Positions 46,792 to 58,037 of a stretch of 64,000 nt of DNA are shown one piece after another. The DNA is from Tubulanus polymorphus (Eukaryota > Animalia > Nemertea), in the NCBI RefSeq assembly GCF_964204645.1, contig NC_134031.1:11844088-11908087 (forward strand). The letters are read 5' to 3'. Position 1 is the first letter of the stretch, and each line of letters opens with the position of its first letter. The notes below the pieces were generated by a model. The model saw only the letters and a program-made list of their open reading frames with translations, was not told where the DNA came from and searched no databases. The position numbers were made by a program, and so were the translations under genes.

Positions 46792-47043
46792 TCAAATAGA
46801 ATCATGTTCTAGTATAAACATCAGATCCTTGATATCAAATTCCTCAACGTATTGTTCATTATTTGGATCATGATTCCATAATTCAATAAATTTCTTTGCC
46901 TTTGTTAACTGTTCTGAATATAACTGTAAATATTCTAGTTTCAATTTATTCTCTAAATGTGTTTTAGTTTTATTGTGTCTTGCTTTTTGGGATTTATCTA
47001 CATTGATATTACATGTTGGACAGTAGTACTTATTTGCTTCCAT
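46792..47043 (-). CDS. 83-aa TIR-initiated Zn-finger chimeric ORF
   Basis: Homologous to 9146-9397. Confidence 0.6.
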   Translation of the reverse strand: MEANKYYCPTCNINVDKSQKARHNKTKTHLENKLKLEYLQLYSEQLTKAKKFIELWNHDPNNEQYVEEFDIKDLMFILEHDSI

Positions 47044-47527
47044 TTTAATACTAAATGTTTTATTAAAATTGATTTTAGAAGTTCAATGATTTAAATGTTA
47101 TTTATTTATATGAATATTTTAAGAGTAATAGGGGTAATGGGCTTTCAGGTTAAAGGTTGAATGGTCGAGTTCATTAAAAACAAATATTAAAAGTAATTAA
47201 AAACTATAATATATTTTCATAACCGCGTGCATTTCAGTTGAATAATAGAATAATTATTATTATTTGAATATATTTGACTATATGAATTTGTGTATTGTAA
47301 ATAAATCAATTGGTCGCGGAGCGGAGCGGTAGCGAAGTGGAGCGACCAATTGATTTATTTACAATATGCTTTTTAAATTATTGATATCTTAGAATAAATA
47401 TTTAGTTTTAATATAAAATGCACGCGGTTATGAAAATGTATTATAGTTTTAATTGCTTTTAATGTTTTGGTTTTTAATGAGCTCGACCGTTCGACCTTTG
47501 GTATGAAAGCCCATTACCCCTATTACT
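46930..47527. repeat. Right TIR of Polinton-C; palindrome at 47124-47527
   Basis: Near-identical to 24954-25554. Confidence 0.93.
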
Positions 47528-47734
47528 AATGCGTGGTATATTGAATACAAGCAATAAAGAAATCTAAATCAATGCATCGTTCAACGAAGCTGAACAAGTA
47601 CTAGTGGTAATCATATTTCCACATTTGTTTGCGGTTAACCTGTTTACCGTTCATTGTTCCATAACACTTTGTTATCAAAGTTTGGCCAATAGAAATGAGC
47701 CGAAATGAAAGGTTATGAACGGTCGAATTAAAAA

Positions 47735-48783
47735 TTGGCTAATATGGAGTTTGGCTCTAGGCTCATTTTTGGAACTATAAACATGATTTCGCCAGAAAGT
47801 AAAAAATTGAAAAATGATGATAGTTGGACTTGTAGTTATGAGAGAGACGATAAGAAAAAAGTCATCACCTATAAAGAATTAATTGGAACAATCATGAATA
47901 CAAGACGTGGAACTATTGACTGGTTTATGGATCGTAATCTGATTGCAGCTTCACGTCAGTGTCCGGTTTGTAATGATGAAATGAAATTGTCATTGGACAT
48001 CAGCAACAAATCTGCGAGTGAAGGATGGCGGTGGAGTTGCCGAAAACGTGTTGATAGTGTGTTGCACCAACGGTTTAAGTCGGTTCGAGCCGACAGTTGG
48101 TTTTCTAAATCTAACTTAACGATCGCAGAGATATTAGAAATAACGTATTGGTTATCGCGCGGAGTACAGCAGACCGTTATACAGACTGAAATGGGCTTAT
48201 CCAGCAAAACAATTGTCGACTGGGCTAGTTTTTTCCGTGAAGTTTGCGAACTGGTTGTTTTTTACAATTGTAAAGCCATAGGCGGACCAGGCAAAGTAGT
48301 GGTAATCGATGAAAGCAAGTTCGGAAAACGGAAATTCAACCGAGGACGATGCGTCGATGGGCAATGGGTTTTCGGGGGCATTGAGAGAGGGAATAATAAG
48401 AATGTGTTTATGGTCAGTGTCGATAAACGTGATAGCGATACCCTGATACCGATTATCGAAAAGTGGATACTGCCGGGAACAACAATCATGAGCGACTGCT
48501 GGGAAGCGTATTCCTGCCTAAACCAACGCGGTTTCGAGCATTTGACCGTAAATCATAGTGTGACATTTGTTGATCCGGATACAAACGCGTGCACGAATCT
48601 CATAGAGATCAGTGGCTACATGCTAAAAAGAATTTCCCGAAGTACGGCACAGTGAAAGGTCATTTTGATTCGTATCTTGGACATTATTTATGGCGTTGTC
48701 GTGTTGGGGATGATGATCCGTTTTGTCGTTTTTTGGAGGACGTTTCTAAAATTTACAAATCAAACCGGATAAATGTACCATAG
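47735..48783 (+). pseudogene. Merlin / IS1595 (ISXO2-like) DDE transposase, one frameshift
   Basis: CPVC..M..W.C Zn region; VVIDESKFGKRKFNRGR, WVFGGIER, TIMSDCW.AY, HLTVNHS, TN.IE; C-terminus in 48589-48783. Possible left TIR GGTAATC at 47606; no right TIR seen. Confidence 0.92.
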
Positions 48784-48834
48784 GACAAGTGTCGGATTTT
48801 TAATCTGTAAATGATTAATTGTAATGAATATTTA

Positions 48835-49075
48835 ATTGAATATTAATCAAATTGATTATTATACCGGCAATAAATATGCATTATGGTTAGATTTTAGAAC
48901 AACAGAGGATAATTCATTACATGGTTCTGGAAAATAACTACAGAACACTAAAGATGGAATACAATTATTCATGAAAAAGAAAAAAGGAAGCTTAAATTTT
49001 AAAATGCACATTTATATTATATCTGACGCACAATTAAATATTGTAAATTCACAATTAGATAGTATTCAATATTAG
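48835..49075 (+). pseudogene. 3' remnant of the Polinton-A major capsid gene
   Basis: NINQIDYYTGNKYALWLDFRTTEDNSLHGSGK...IISDAQLNIVNSQLDS. Confidence 0.85.
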
Positions 49076-49105
49076 AAATATTAAGTTAAAATTAAGGATA
49101 TATAA

Positions 49106-50233
49106 ATGGGTGGTAAAAAAACTCCTAATACTAAAGAACAATATTTAAGAAATTTATATTACAACCCTGAGAGTTCGGTTGCTTATTCTTCTACCAAAAA
49201 TATATGGCGTCAAGTAAAACAAGATAAATTAGATAAGATAATCCCACAAAATTTAGTTAAATATAAAGATATAAATGAATTCATGTTAGAACAACCAACA
49301 TATACAACACATAAAAAAATTGTTAGAAAATATAAAACTCGTAAAACTATGGTAAGTTATGTAGATCAACAGTGGCAAGGAGATTTAATTGATATGAAAA
49401 ATGTTAAGAAAGATAATGATGATTATTGATGGATATTGAGTATAATTGATATTTTTAGTCGTTATGTATGGAGTTTCCCACTTTATAGAAAAGATGCTGT
49501 ACAAACATCAAATGTTTTAAGAAAATTTCTTTCGGGTGATAAACTAAAACCAGAAAAAATACAATTTGATGATGGAAAAGAGTTTGATAATTCACTTGTT
49601 CATGAACTCTTAGACAATCATAATATTAAATATTTTTCAACAAAATCGGATAAACAAGCGGCAGTTGTTGAACGATTTAATAGAACATTAAGAACAAGAA
49701 TGTGGAAATATTTTACAGCAAATAATACTTTTAAATGGATTGATGTTTTGCCAAAATTGATAGAAGGATATAATAATTCTTATCATTCTTCTATTGGAAT
49801 GAAACCTATTGATGCTAGAAAACCTGAAAATTCTGAAATTGTTTGGAATAATTTATATGGAGCATTTCTTGTAGATGATTTTGGCGAACCTAAATTTAAA
49901 GTTGGTCAAAATGTTAGAATTTCTAAGTATAAAAAGATATTTGATAAAGGATACGATCGAAATTTTACTAGAGAAATATATAAAATAAAAAAGGTTATAA
50001 CAACAAAACCATATGTCTATAAATTAGAAGATTTAGATGGTGAAGAAGTTGATAGCTACTTTTACGAAGAAGAATTGAGTTTAACTACTGAAAATCTAGA
50101 ACAAGAATATAAAATTGAAAAAGTATTAAAAACAAAAACTATTAAAAGAAAAAAATATTCTTTAGTAAAATGGGTTGGATGGCCAGATAAATTCAATGAA
50201 TGGATATTATCAAGTAAAATTAAAAATATATAA
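49106..50233 (+). pseudogene. int: Polinton-A rve integrase with chromodomain, one internal stop
   Basis: WQGDLIDM, IDIFSRY, QFDDGKEF, VERFNRTLR, LVKWVGWPDKFNEWI. Confidence 0.92.
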
Positions 50234-50841
50234 ATGAATAAGGAATTATTTATATTTGAGCCTCATAATATGTTAATTTCTGGCGTAACAAATTGTGGAA
50301 AAACTTATTTTATATTAAATTTATTAGAAACTGTTTATAAAAACTATTTTGATAATATAGTATTATTTTGTCCAACATATGAATTTAATCAACCTTATGA
50401 TAGAAATATTACTAGAAATAATAAATTTATTATATTAGATCCTAAAACAGTAAAAGAAAATTTAGATAATTGTATTAAAATAGCAATAGATATTTATAAA
50501 GGATCAAATACATTATTCATTATAGATGATTGCGCAAATTTACATGATTCAAAAGTGAGAGAAAGTGAGTTATGTTATCTGGCTTTCTCTGGGAGACATT
50601 TCGTGATAACAACATGGGTTTTAAATCAAAAATATAATTCAATTGTTAAAGACTTTAGAGAAACATTAGATTTCTAGTTTTATTCTACAATAAAGACAGA
50701 AAATCGATGAAAAATGCACTTGAGGAAAATGATATTATTCCACATGATTTACATAATGAATATATGGATAAATTGAAAAATATTAAAAGATCAAAATTAC
50801 TATTTAGATTACAACACCCATTTAAATATGAATTTATTTAA
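50234..50841 (+). pseudogene. Polinton-A packaging ATPase, frameshifted
   Basis: GVTNCGKT, FIIDD, GRH; 1-nt frameshift at ~50662. Confidence 0.88.
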
Positions 50842-50851
50842 ATTCAACAGG

Positions 50852-51116
50852 TTTGTTAATCTATTACATATTTAGTTACATTCTAGTTGAATTCTAGTTA
50901 TTGGTATTTGAAACAAAAATCAAATAAAATTCAACAATATTTTAACTAGCTTGTTAATCTAGTATATTTTTAGTTACATTCTAGTTGAATTCTAGTTATT
51001 GGTAGTTGGAACAAAAATCAACCAGATTTAACAAGAAATAAATAAAAACAACAATATATCAACTAGCTTGTTAATCTAGTTGAATTCTAGTTACATTCTA
51101 GTTACATTCTAGTTGC
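50852..51116. repeat. Intergenic repeats CTAGTT(AC/GA)ATT with a ~100-bp duplication
   Basis: Visible repeated units. Confidence 0.75.
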
Positions 51117-51146
51117 AACATCACAACTTATTTTTTTGTTATATAA

Positions 51147-51752
51147 ATGGGAGGTGAAAAGAAAATAAAATCTAAAAATGGTGATGTTCCAATTGAAAAA
51201 ACTTTAGATGATTTAGGAATAACAGAAAACAAATTAATTCCAGATGATGGTGCTTTAAATAATGTTACAACAAATAATAATTATGAATATTATCTTTATT
51301 GTAAACATCAATTAGAAATATTAATAGCATCTGGAAAATGTAAAAATTTTATCGGTAAAAATTTAACTTATAATGAATTAGATACAATGAAATCAGATGA
51401 AATTATTAGATTATTTAAGATTTATGAAACCGCGAGAACAGCTAGAATTAATGACGCGATATCAGAAAATGTAGTAAAAGGTTAGAGTAAATTATGTAAT
51501 TATATGCTGCCAATTCAAGATGAAAATAGATTATATGTTGATTTAAAAAATGATTATTTAGTTATGACCGAATTAAATAAATGGATTGGATATTTATTAT
51601 TGGATATTTGGACATTTCAATTAGGTGGATTTATGACATTATTATCAACTGGAGTTATAACATTTTCAAATATTGAAAGTAAAAATATTTCTATAATAAA
51701 TGAACAAGGTGGAAGAAGTGAAGAAAAAACCGAGATCACAGAAACAAATTGA
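51147..51752 (+). pseudogene. Homologue of the 200-aa Polinton protein, internal stop
   Basis: IEKTLDDLGI, YEYYLYCKH, LKNDYLVMTEL. Confidence 0.8.
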
Positions 51753-52041
51753 ATGGTCTCGGCAATTAGGAATTAAATCACAAGAATATAAAAAAGCTGT
51801 AAAAGAAAAAATAAGTAATGAAAATGGTGAAAATATTGTAATTTCTACTCCTTCTAATGATAGAATATTTGATAAATGTCTATATTTTACAGTTGGATTT
51901 GTAATTGTATTCATTTTGATTGGGTGTAATTGGTATAAGAAATCAAATAAAATTCATGATATTAATAATTCTGAAACAACTGCTATCAAAAATGAAAATA
52001 CTTCTGAAATTCCAAAATTGATAATAAAAAAAATGGATTAA
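51700..52041 (+). CDS. Homologue of the 120-aa membrane protein
   Basis: KKKPRSQKQIEWSRQLG; TM LYFTVGFVIVFILIG. Confidence 0.78.
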   Translation: MNKVEEVKKKPRSQKQIEWSRQLGIKSQEYKKAVKEKISNENGENIVISTPSNDRIFDKCLYFTVGFVIVFILIGCNWYKKSNKIHDINNSETTAIKNENTSEIPKLIIKKMD

Positions 52042-52519
52042 TATTTTAGAAAAAAAGCAAAAAAAATAATTGAATATCTCACTACTTTTGTCTATCTATG
52101 CGGAGCAATTAAATTGTCCAGATAAGTCATTTCGGATTCTAGATATTCATTATTTTTATTAATTTATTTTGTTTTTTTAATTTGAAGTTTTTACTTGAAT
52201 ATTGTATTACAGTCGTTTCTTATTATTAGTTTTTTCTTAAATTGAAAGATGGCAGCACAGGGTGTGATGCCAAAATGAATATTTGAATTTGAATTTGAAT
52301 TTGTAAATCAATTAACATGGTAATTGATTACTAATTTGATCAAAAATTGTATCATAATTAAGTTAAAAATCCATAATTCATTTATCAGTTTTCATTTTAT
52401 ATTCTTTTCATTCGGAATAATTTATAATTTCAAATTTCACATATTTCTTTAGTAAACACCAACAACATTTACTTAGGTGTTTTAGCTAAGTATATAAGGC
52501 AATTTATTCGACCACTGGA

Positions 52520-52834
52520 GTGCTGCCGGGCTTGGCTTGCAGGGGCATTTCGAAAATGCACCTTTGTCCACCCTCCGTGGTTCTCCTTCAGTTTCGACTT
52601 TCGATCCTCCTTTCGGGGGTGAGGGGTTGATAGGAAATGCATTAGGCGCCTTTAATATAATGTGTTTCCTGTCAACCATTGAAGGAGAATTGGTGAGGTG
52701 TGGGTCACAGGGGTGTAAGTAGAAATGCTTGGGGATAGGTATCTCGTTGCGCCTCTCAATAACGGGATGCTTATCCCCTAAAAACTCTGCGAGTCTGCTA
52801 AAACTTACCGTAAAGACATTGAAATATTCCTTTT
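52520..52834 (+). ncRNA. Candidate structured non-coding RNA, unassigned family
   Basis: GC-rich island with at least six long helices rich in G-U on the plus strand; TATATAA at 52491; first TTTT at 52831. Confidence 0.55.
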
Positions 52835-53082
52835 AATCACGAGAGAGAGAATATATCCTGTCCTGTGTGTGTTGTATGTACTGCGTGCTTATTATATAAC
52901 TGCTAGCTATCCAATATAACAACAACGTTGATTGCCTCACCTGTTTGATCGTTCAATATTCAAATGAAGTACTACTCTCTTATAATAACATGTAACAGAT
53001 GTTGGGCTAGCATGATTATAGTTGTTCGTAAAACGACTAAGGTCATTTTGGATTCTAGATATTCATTATTTTTATTTTTTAT

Positions 53083-53409
53083 TTAATCAACAATTTCTAA
53101 ATCATGATGACCGTCTTCATTTTTTCCATGATAGATTATTTTAAATCCTTCTAAATCTTTTAATTCCTCTGTACTCAATGAAACCCATTTATCGGGTAAA
53201 AATACTTTAAATTCTCGCGATGTACTAACATTACAGTAACTTAAATTCGCTGATACTTTCTCTCCATATTTAGTTTTCATCTTTTCTAATTTCAATATTT
53301 TATGTTCAATTTCTTTCGTAACATCAATTAACTTTTTTATTTCAAATTGTTTTTTTGCTGGTTTTATTCTGTTATTTATTGTTGCTAAGAATGATTTCCT
53401 ATCTCCCAT
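53083..53409 (-). CDS. 108-aa homologue of the 117-aa putative SSB, starting at the inner edge of the right TIR
   Basis: SFL..I, TKYGEKV, FKVFLPDKW..LSTEEL..L, YHGKNEDGHHDLE. Confidence 0.75.
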   Translation of the reverse strand: MGDRKSFLATINNRIKPAKKQFEIKKLIDVTKEIEHKILKLEKMKTKYGEKVSANLSYCNVSTSREFKVFLPDKWVSLSTEELKDLEGFKIIYHGKNEDGHHDLEIVD

Positions 53410-53486
53410 TTATTAGGAAAACAAATTACTTGTGGTGATGAGTGGTGTTTAGTACTCTGGTATGAAACCCACATCTTCCAATTACT
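53407..53486 (-). repeat. Right TIR of Polinton-A
   Basis: Reverse complement of 671-758; followed by TSD CCTTTG. Confidence 0.9.
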
Positions 53487-54752
53487 CCTTTGGACGTTTC
53501 GGTGGGGATTTACATTCCTGGCAGATTGCTCACTCTTTAACAAAAGTTCTTACCCTTGTGGTCAACCCCGGGCACCAAAACCTTTGGCGGGCTTTGTGTT
53601 CTGTTTTTGCCCTTCCAAGGTGCTTTCCAGCAAACCCCTGATGCAATTCCTTAATTGCTTTTGGTGCAAGGCATGCAGGCAGGACAGTGCGGTACTGCTG
53701 TTTCGTGGAGTCTGTGGGTGGCTTGAAAAGCAGAAGACTATCATGAAGTACTACCCTCTCAAACAGACCATAAAGACTCCGAGCCAACTCCACACTGTTG
53801 CAGTTCTGCGACAGATGATTGCCTTACTCGTCTCCAGCGTTCTTATTACAGAGTAAATATCAGGGTCGTTGCGCTGTGCCAATTAAATTTCGGCTCGGTG
53901 TAAGCAATCACGATCAACTTTGACATTTGCTACGAGTGGTGACTTAGGGAGGCCTGTTGGCCCATAACTTGGGCAGATTCCATGCTTCTTGACACGGTTT
54001 GGTATACGTGAGACGGCATCCGCATTGGTGTGGAGCCTGCCAGGTCTATGTAGGGTCTCGAAGTCATACTCCTGTAGCCGTTCGAGCCAACGTGCCACTT
54101 GTCCATTAGGGTCTTTGAAAGTCTTGAGCCACTTGAGCACAGCATGATCAGTACGAACGATAAATTTTCTGCCCAACGTGTAGTGACGAAAGCGGTCTAT
54201 CATGTCCACTAAAGCCAACATTTCTCTCCGTGTTGCGCAATAATTTTCTTCTCCGCACCTGAATGCACGGTCACCATACTCAATGATCCTCTCGCTCCCG
54301 TCTGGTTGGGCCTGAGACAATACCCCACCAATTGCCCAGTTACTAGCGTCGCAGTCCAGTATAAAAGTGCCACCTGAGACGGTGAAATCTGGGAATGCTA
54401 GAATCGGTGGATTGATTAGTCTGTCTTTCAAGGTCTGGAATAAGTCTTCCTGTTCTTTACGCCAATCGAACGGATTATTCTTCCTCGTAAGGCGATGCAA
54501 TGGTGCGGCTAGAGAGGAGAGGTCTGGGATATATTAAGAGTAGTATGTGACAGGTCCCATGAAGCTACGTAATTCCGCCACATTCTTTGGGACCGGCCAG
54601 TCTCTTACCACCTCACACTTTGAACTGTCTGCCTCGATTCCAGCTGAACTTACAATCCTGCCCAGGAACTTTATTTTCCGCCTCATAAGTTTGCATTTTC
54701 TTGGTTTCAGCTTCAAGTTGGCATACCGTAGGTACGTGAAAACACCATCCAG

Positions 54753-55413
54753 GAAGAAAGACACTCTAAATATTTGGATGGATATATGAAAGCTGTGGGT
54801 ACTGGAGTTTGTAATGGGTAGTGTAGTGTGATCTGTGTGCATTTGTGGCCAGCACACAGATCACATTGTTCAATGGGGTTTGGTCCAGGACTCGCGAGAT
54901 TTTCAACAACACGGAAGTAACGTGTAATAAATGATGACTTGAATTGCATGACTACCTACCACCCCTCATTATTGTTGGAAAACTAAACGTTCGGCACTGA
55001 CTAAAAATTAGTAATAACATTTTAGAAATGGCCAGAATTTTAACTTAGGTTCTATCTCATTTTTATTTTACAATTGAGATTGGTCTAATTTTTTTTTAAA
55101 CGGCCGTTAAGGCTTCATGTTTCGTCTGCAATTCACTGCAAATAGTTACGCAACTACGCGCATTTCAGTGTTTTTGGCAGCTGTACACTCAATCGGCACC
55201 GTTCGTGACTAGCTTCACTGCGGAATTATCATTATTTAACATCGCCATATCACATCATCAACTTATATTGTGCCTTAAAACCCTAACAGCCGAAATAATT
55301 GAAATGCACATACGATTTCTATCATTGAAAATTGAGAGAGTGGCCATGTTTGTGTTTGCTGCTTCGCGTAAATCCCGCACGGTGGTGGAACCGCGCGGAG
55401 TGGGGCCGATACG
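54753..55413. other. ~660-bp unassigned insertion in the Gypsy RT
   Basis: Splits HVERLD|GVFTYL; TCCAG duplicated at 54748-54752 and 55414-55418. Confidence 0.7.
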
Positions 55414-56894
55414 TCCAGCCTTTCCACATGAGTTTCCAGGTCTGAAGAGAACACGACAACATCGTCGAGGTAGATGAGGCACGTTTTCCACACAACCTCA
55501 TCGAGGACCATAGACATGAGTCGTGAGAATGCAGCTGGGGCATTAGTCACCCCAAACGGCATCACATTCCACTCTTACAAGTGCCTATCAGTGGTGAACG
55601 CCGTCTTTTGCTTGTGTTGTTCCTTGACTGGCACTTGCCAGTATGAGCTGGTCATGTCGAGGCTAGAAAACCAGACTGAACCAGCCAGGGCTTCGAGTGT
55701 ACTATCAATCCGCCGGAGAGGGTGGCTGTCCTTGACCCTGCACTCGTTCAACTATCGGTAGTCGCAGCACAAACGAAGAGTGCCGTCGGCCTTCTTGGCT
55801 AGGACAATTGGGCTTGCCCATGCACTATGCGATTCCCGTATCAAGCCCCTATCAAGCAACTCTTTTGTGGTAGTATCTACAGTCTCGACGTGCCGGTGGC
55901 ATACGCCGCAGTTGTTGTTTAATTGGCTTCGCCTCACCAGTGTCAATCTCAAAGTCCATGATTTTGGTCTTAACGATATCAAAATCGTTCCGTGAAAAGA
56001 CCTTTCGGTTTTTGTGTATGAGAGCAACCAACTGTTCCTTTATTTTGGTCGGAATATCCAGGTCTGGGACTCCTAGTTCCCTGTAGATCAGAGCCATGTA
56101 GTGTCTTGTCGAACTCTTGTACTACTTGCTGTTTGGTACCTTCATTAAGAGACATTACTTCAAGCGATTGCAAAGGGCAAAAACACCCAACAGGTTGGCC
56201 GCGTTTGACTCTATAGGTGCAATCGGAGAAGTTGGCCAGTCTTACAGGTACCTTGTCGTCCTTTGGTACCACAAGTGACTTTCCCGTACAGAACTCAGTC
56301 CGTTTGGGCATATAGTTTCCCATGGAGTTGCGTTTGATGTAACCTTTAACTACCACCTCTGAGCCAGCTGGAATATACTGGGTCCGGCTTACGTAGACCC
56401 TTCACGCCTTCGGCCGAGACTGTCCTTGCTGGAGCGGGACTTCCGTCGGTCCAATCCTGAGGGAACGGTTTTCAAAGTTGTCCGCACACCCATGTTTTTC
56501 GAGGAAATCACTACCCAACAGCAGGTCCTGGGAGAGGTCATCCGCAATTATCATTGGGTGCTCGATCTTCATACCCCCAATTTCGAGCGCAACGTTAGCA
56601 ATACCCCTGAATGACATCTCCTGTCCAGTTGCCGTCACGAGAGATCCAGTACAGGGAATCGCTACACTTAGAGCTCTCCAATACTGAAGCCTTCAGCACG
56701 GTACACGCTGCTCCAGTGTCGATTAGAAGTACTATATTCTTCTCCCCATTCACCCGTCCACTACAGTAAAGCCTAGTATCGTGTAGTGTTAACTGGCCTA
56801 TGTTCAGGCTATCTGTCGAAACCTTAGCCAACTCATTCGTAAGACAAGGACCATCTGCAGGTAAGTCATTAGAATGAGAGATATCGGCATTGAA

Positions 56895-58037
56895 TTAGGC
56901 GCGCCTACTCATATCCTTAGTCAGTTCAGTATGGCGATAGTTCTCCATTAGTACCCCTGGTCGAAGATTCTTGTTCAGGGAAATGTCACGAGGGGGTGAT
57001 AATTTTCCTGACTCGTTTACTGTCCGTCGTCCAGGGGGTATATATATATTAGCTGTTTCGGGGCATTTCAATGACGCCTTGGGATCCCTCTGCCCCCCTG
57101 GGGTCCCTTGGAGGCGTTTCCCCGAGGACAGTCCCGCGAGTAGTGCCCAGCCTGACCACACGCATGGCAAGAAACCTGAGGACGTGCTGGGCACCACGAC
57201 AGCGCCAGCAAATGTCGGACCCTGGGGTCGTTGGGTGTCCTGGCCGCGGCCACTAGTCTCGAGACGTTCAATCCTCGACATGTCCTTCATCATTTCCATC
57301 ATTTTGGACAGTTGTGTCTGGACATCCGGGGAATCGTGCTTAACTGAAGCGATACCCCGCGACGACTTCGGTGGAGACTCCTTCAGCTTCCTAGCTGTTT
57401 CCAGGGTCCTTGCCGTGCCCACTGCTGCAGCCAGGGTCGCAGGTGATGAGACGTACAGCTGTTGTTTGGTTGCTGCACTCATGGAGTTGTTCCTTAGAAA
57501 TTGGTCCTTAGCCAGCTCATCCTGCATCTCGAAGGAGACTTTCGGGTAAGCGTTTCGGGCTAATTCTGCCAAAGCATCGGAAAAATGTTCGAAGGATTCG
57601 TCGTGGCGCTGTTCCCTCCCCTTAAATTGCATTTTGTAATCATCGGGCGTCTTTGTGCATTCAAACCGATTTCTTAACTGGACACAGAATTCTACAACAG
57701 CTGATAGTCCCGGGAGCCTGAGGTTAGAAACCGCTTGGTAGGCTTCATGGTCTAACCTCATCAACAGGTGGGCTTTTCGGGCCTCGCCATCGGGCGAAAC
57801 AGCGCTTATCTCAACCATGTCGGCGTGTGCGTCAAATCGCTCTAACCACACCCGAAAATTATGACCCATGGAGTAGGTTTTCGGTACAGGGATGTTTGTC
57901 CGGGGTGATGGGCTATCGCGCGATAAAGCCTTCTCCATCTATAGGGCAAATTTTCTGACGAAATCGCTTTGCAGGTCGTCATTCTCGATTTCATTGCCGG
58001 CTACAGGAGGGATGTTGAGGTCTGTAGGGGATGTCAT
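56895..58037 (-). pseudogene. gag: Gypsy gag (frameshifted before the Zn knuckle)
   Basis: 347-aa ORF 56895-57938 with QR.DESFE.F...L..LA; knuckle in ORF 57068-57271. Confidence 0.8.

Larger units (their letters stand above)
30117..47527 (+). mobile_element. Polinton-C, lacking an adjacent left end; right TIR intact
   Basis: Gene order mirrors B; begins inside pPolB at the minisatellite junction; ends CCCCTATTACT at 47527. Confidence 0.92.
671..53486 (+). mobile_element. Polinton/Maverick (adintovirus-like) element A, outer element with nested insertions and a large internal deletion
   Basis: Inverted termini AGTAATTGGAAGAT(A/G)TGGGTTTCATACCAGAGTACT at 671 and ending at 53486. 6-bp TSD CCTTTG at 665-670 and 53487-53492. 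pPolB at the left end; MCP tail, integrase and ATPase at the right. Confidence 0.92.

Noticed and set aside
47735-48783. Bacterial IS1595 contamination
   Set aside because: Merlin elements are the eukaryotic members of this family, and the flanks are eukaryotic mobile DNA.
52520-52834. Identification as U6, 7SL, 7SK or a hammerhead ribozyme
   Set aside because: Only 5-7-nt resemblances (GTGCT, GCCGGGC); no ACAGAGA box, SRP helix 8 or CUGAUGA core. The short ORFs 52482-52679 and 52537-52722 look non-coding.
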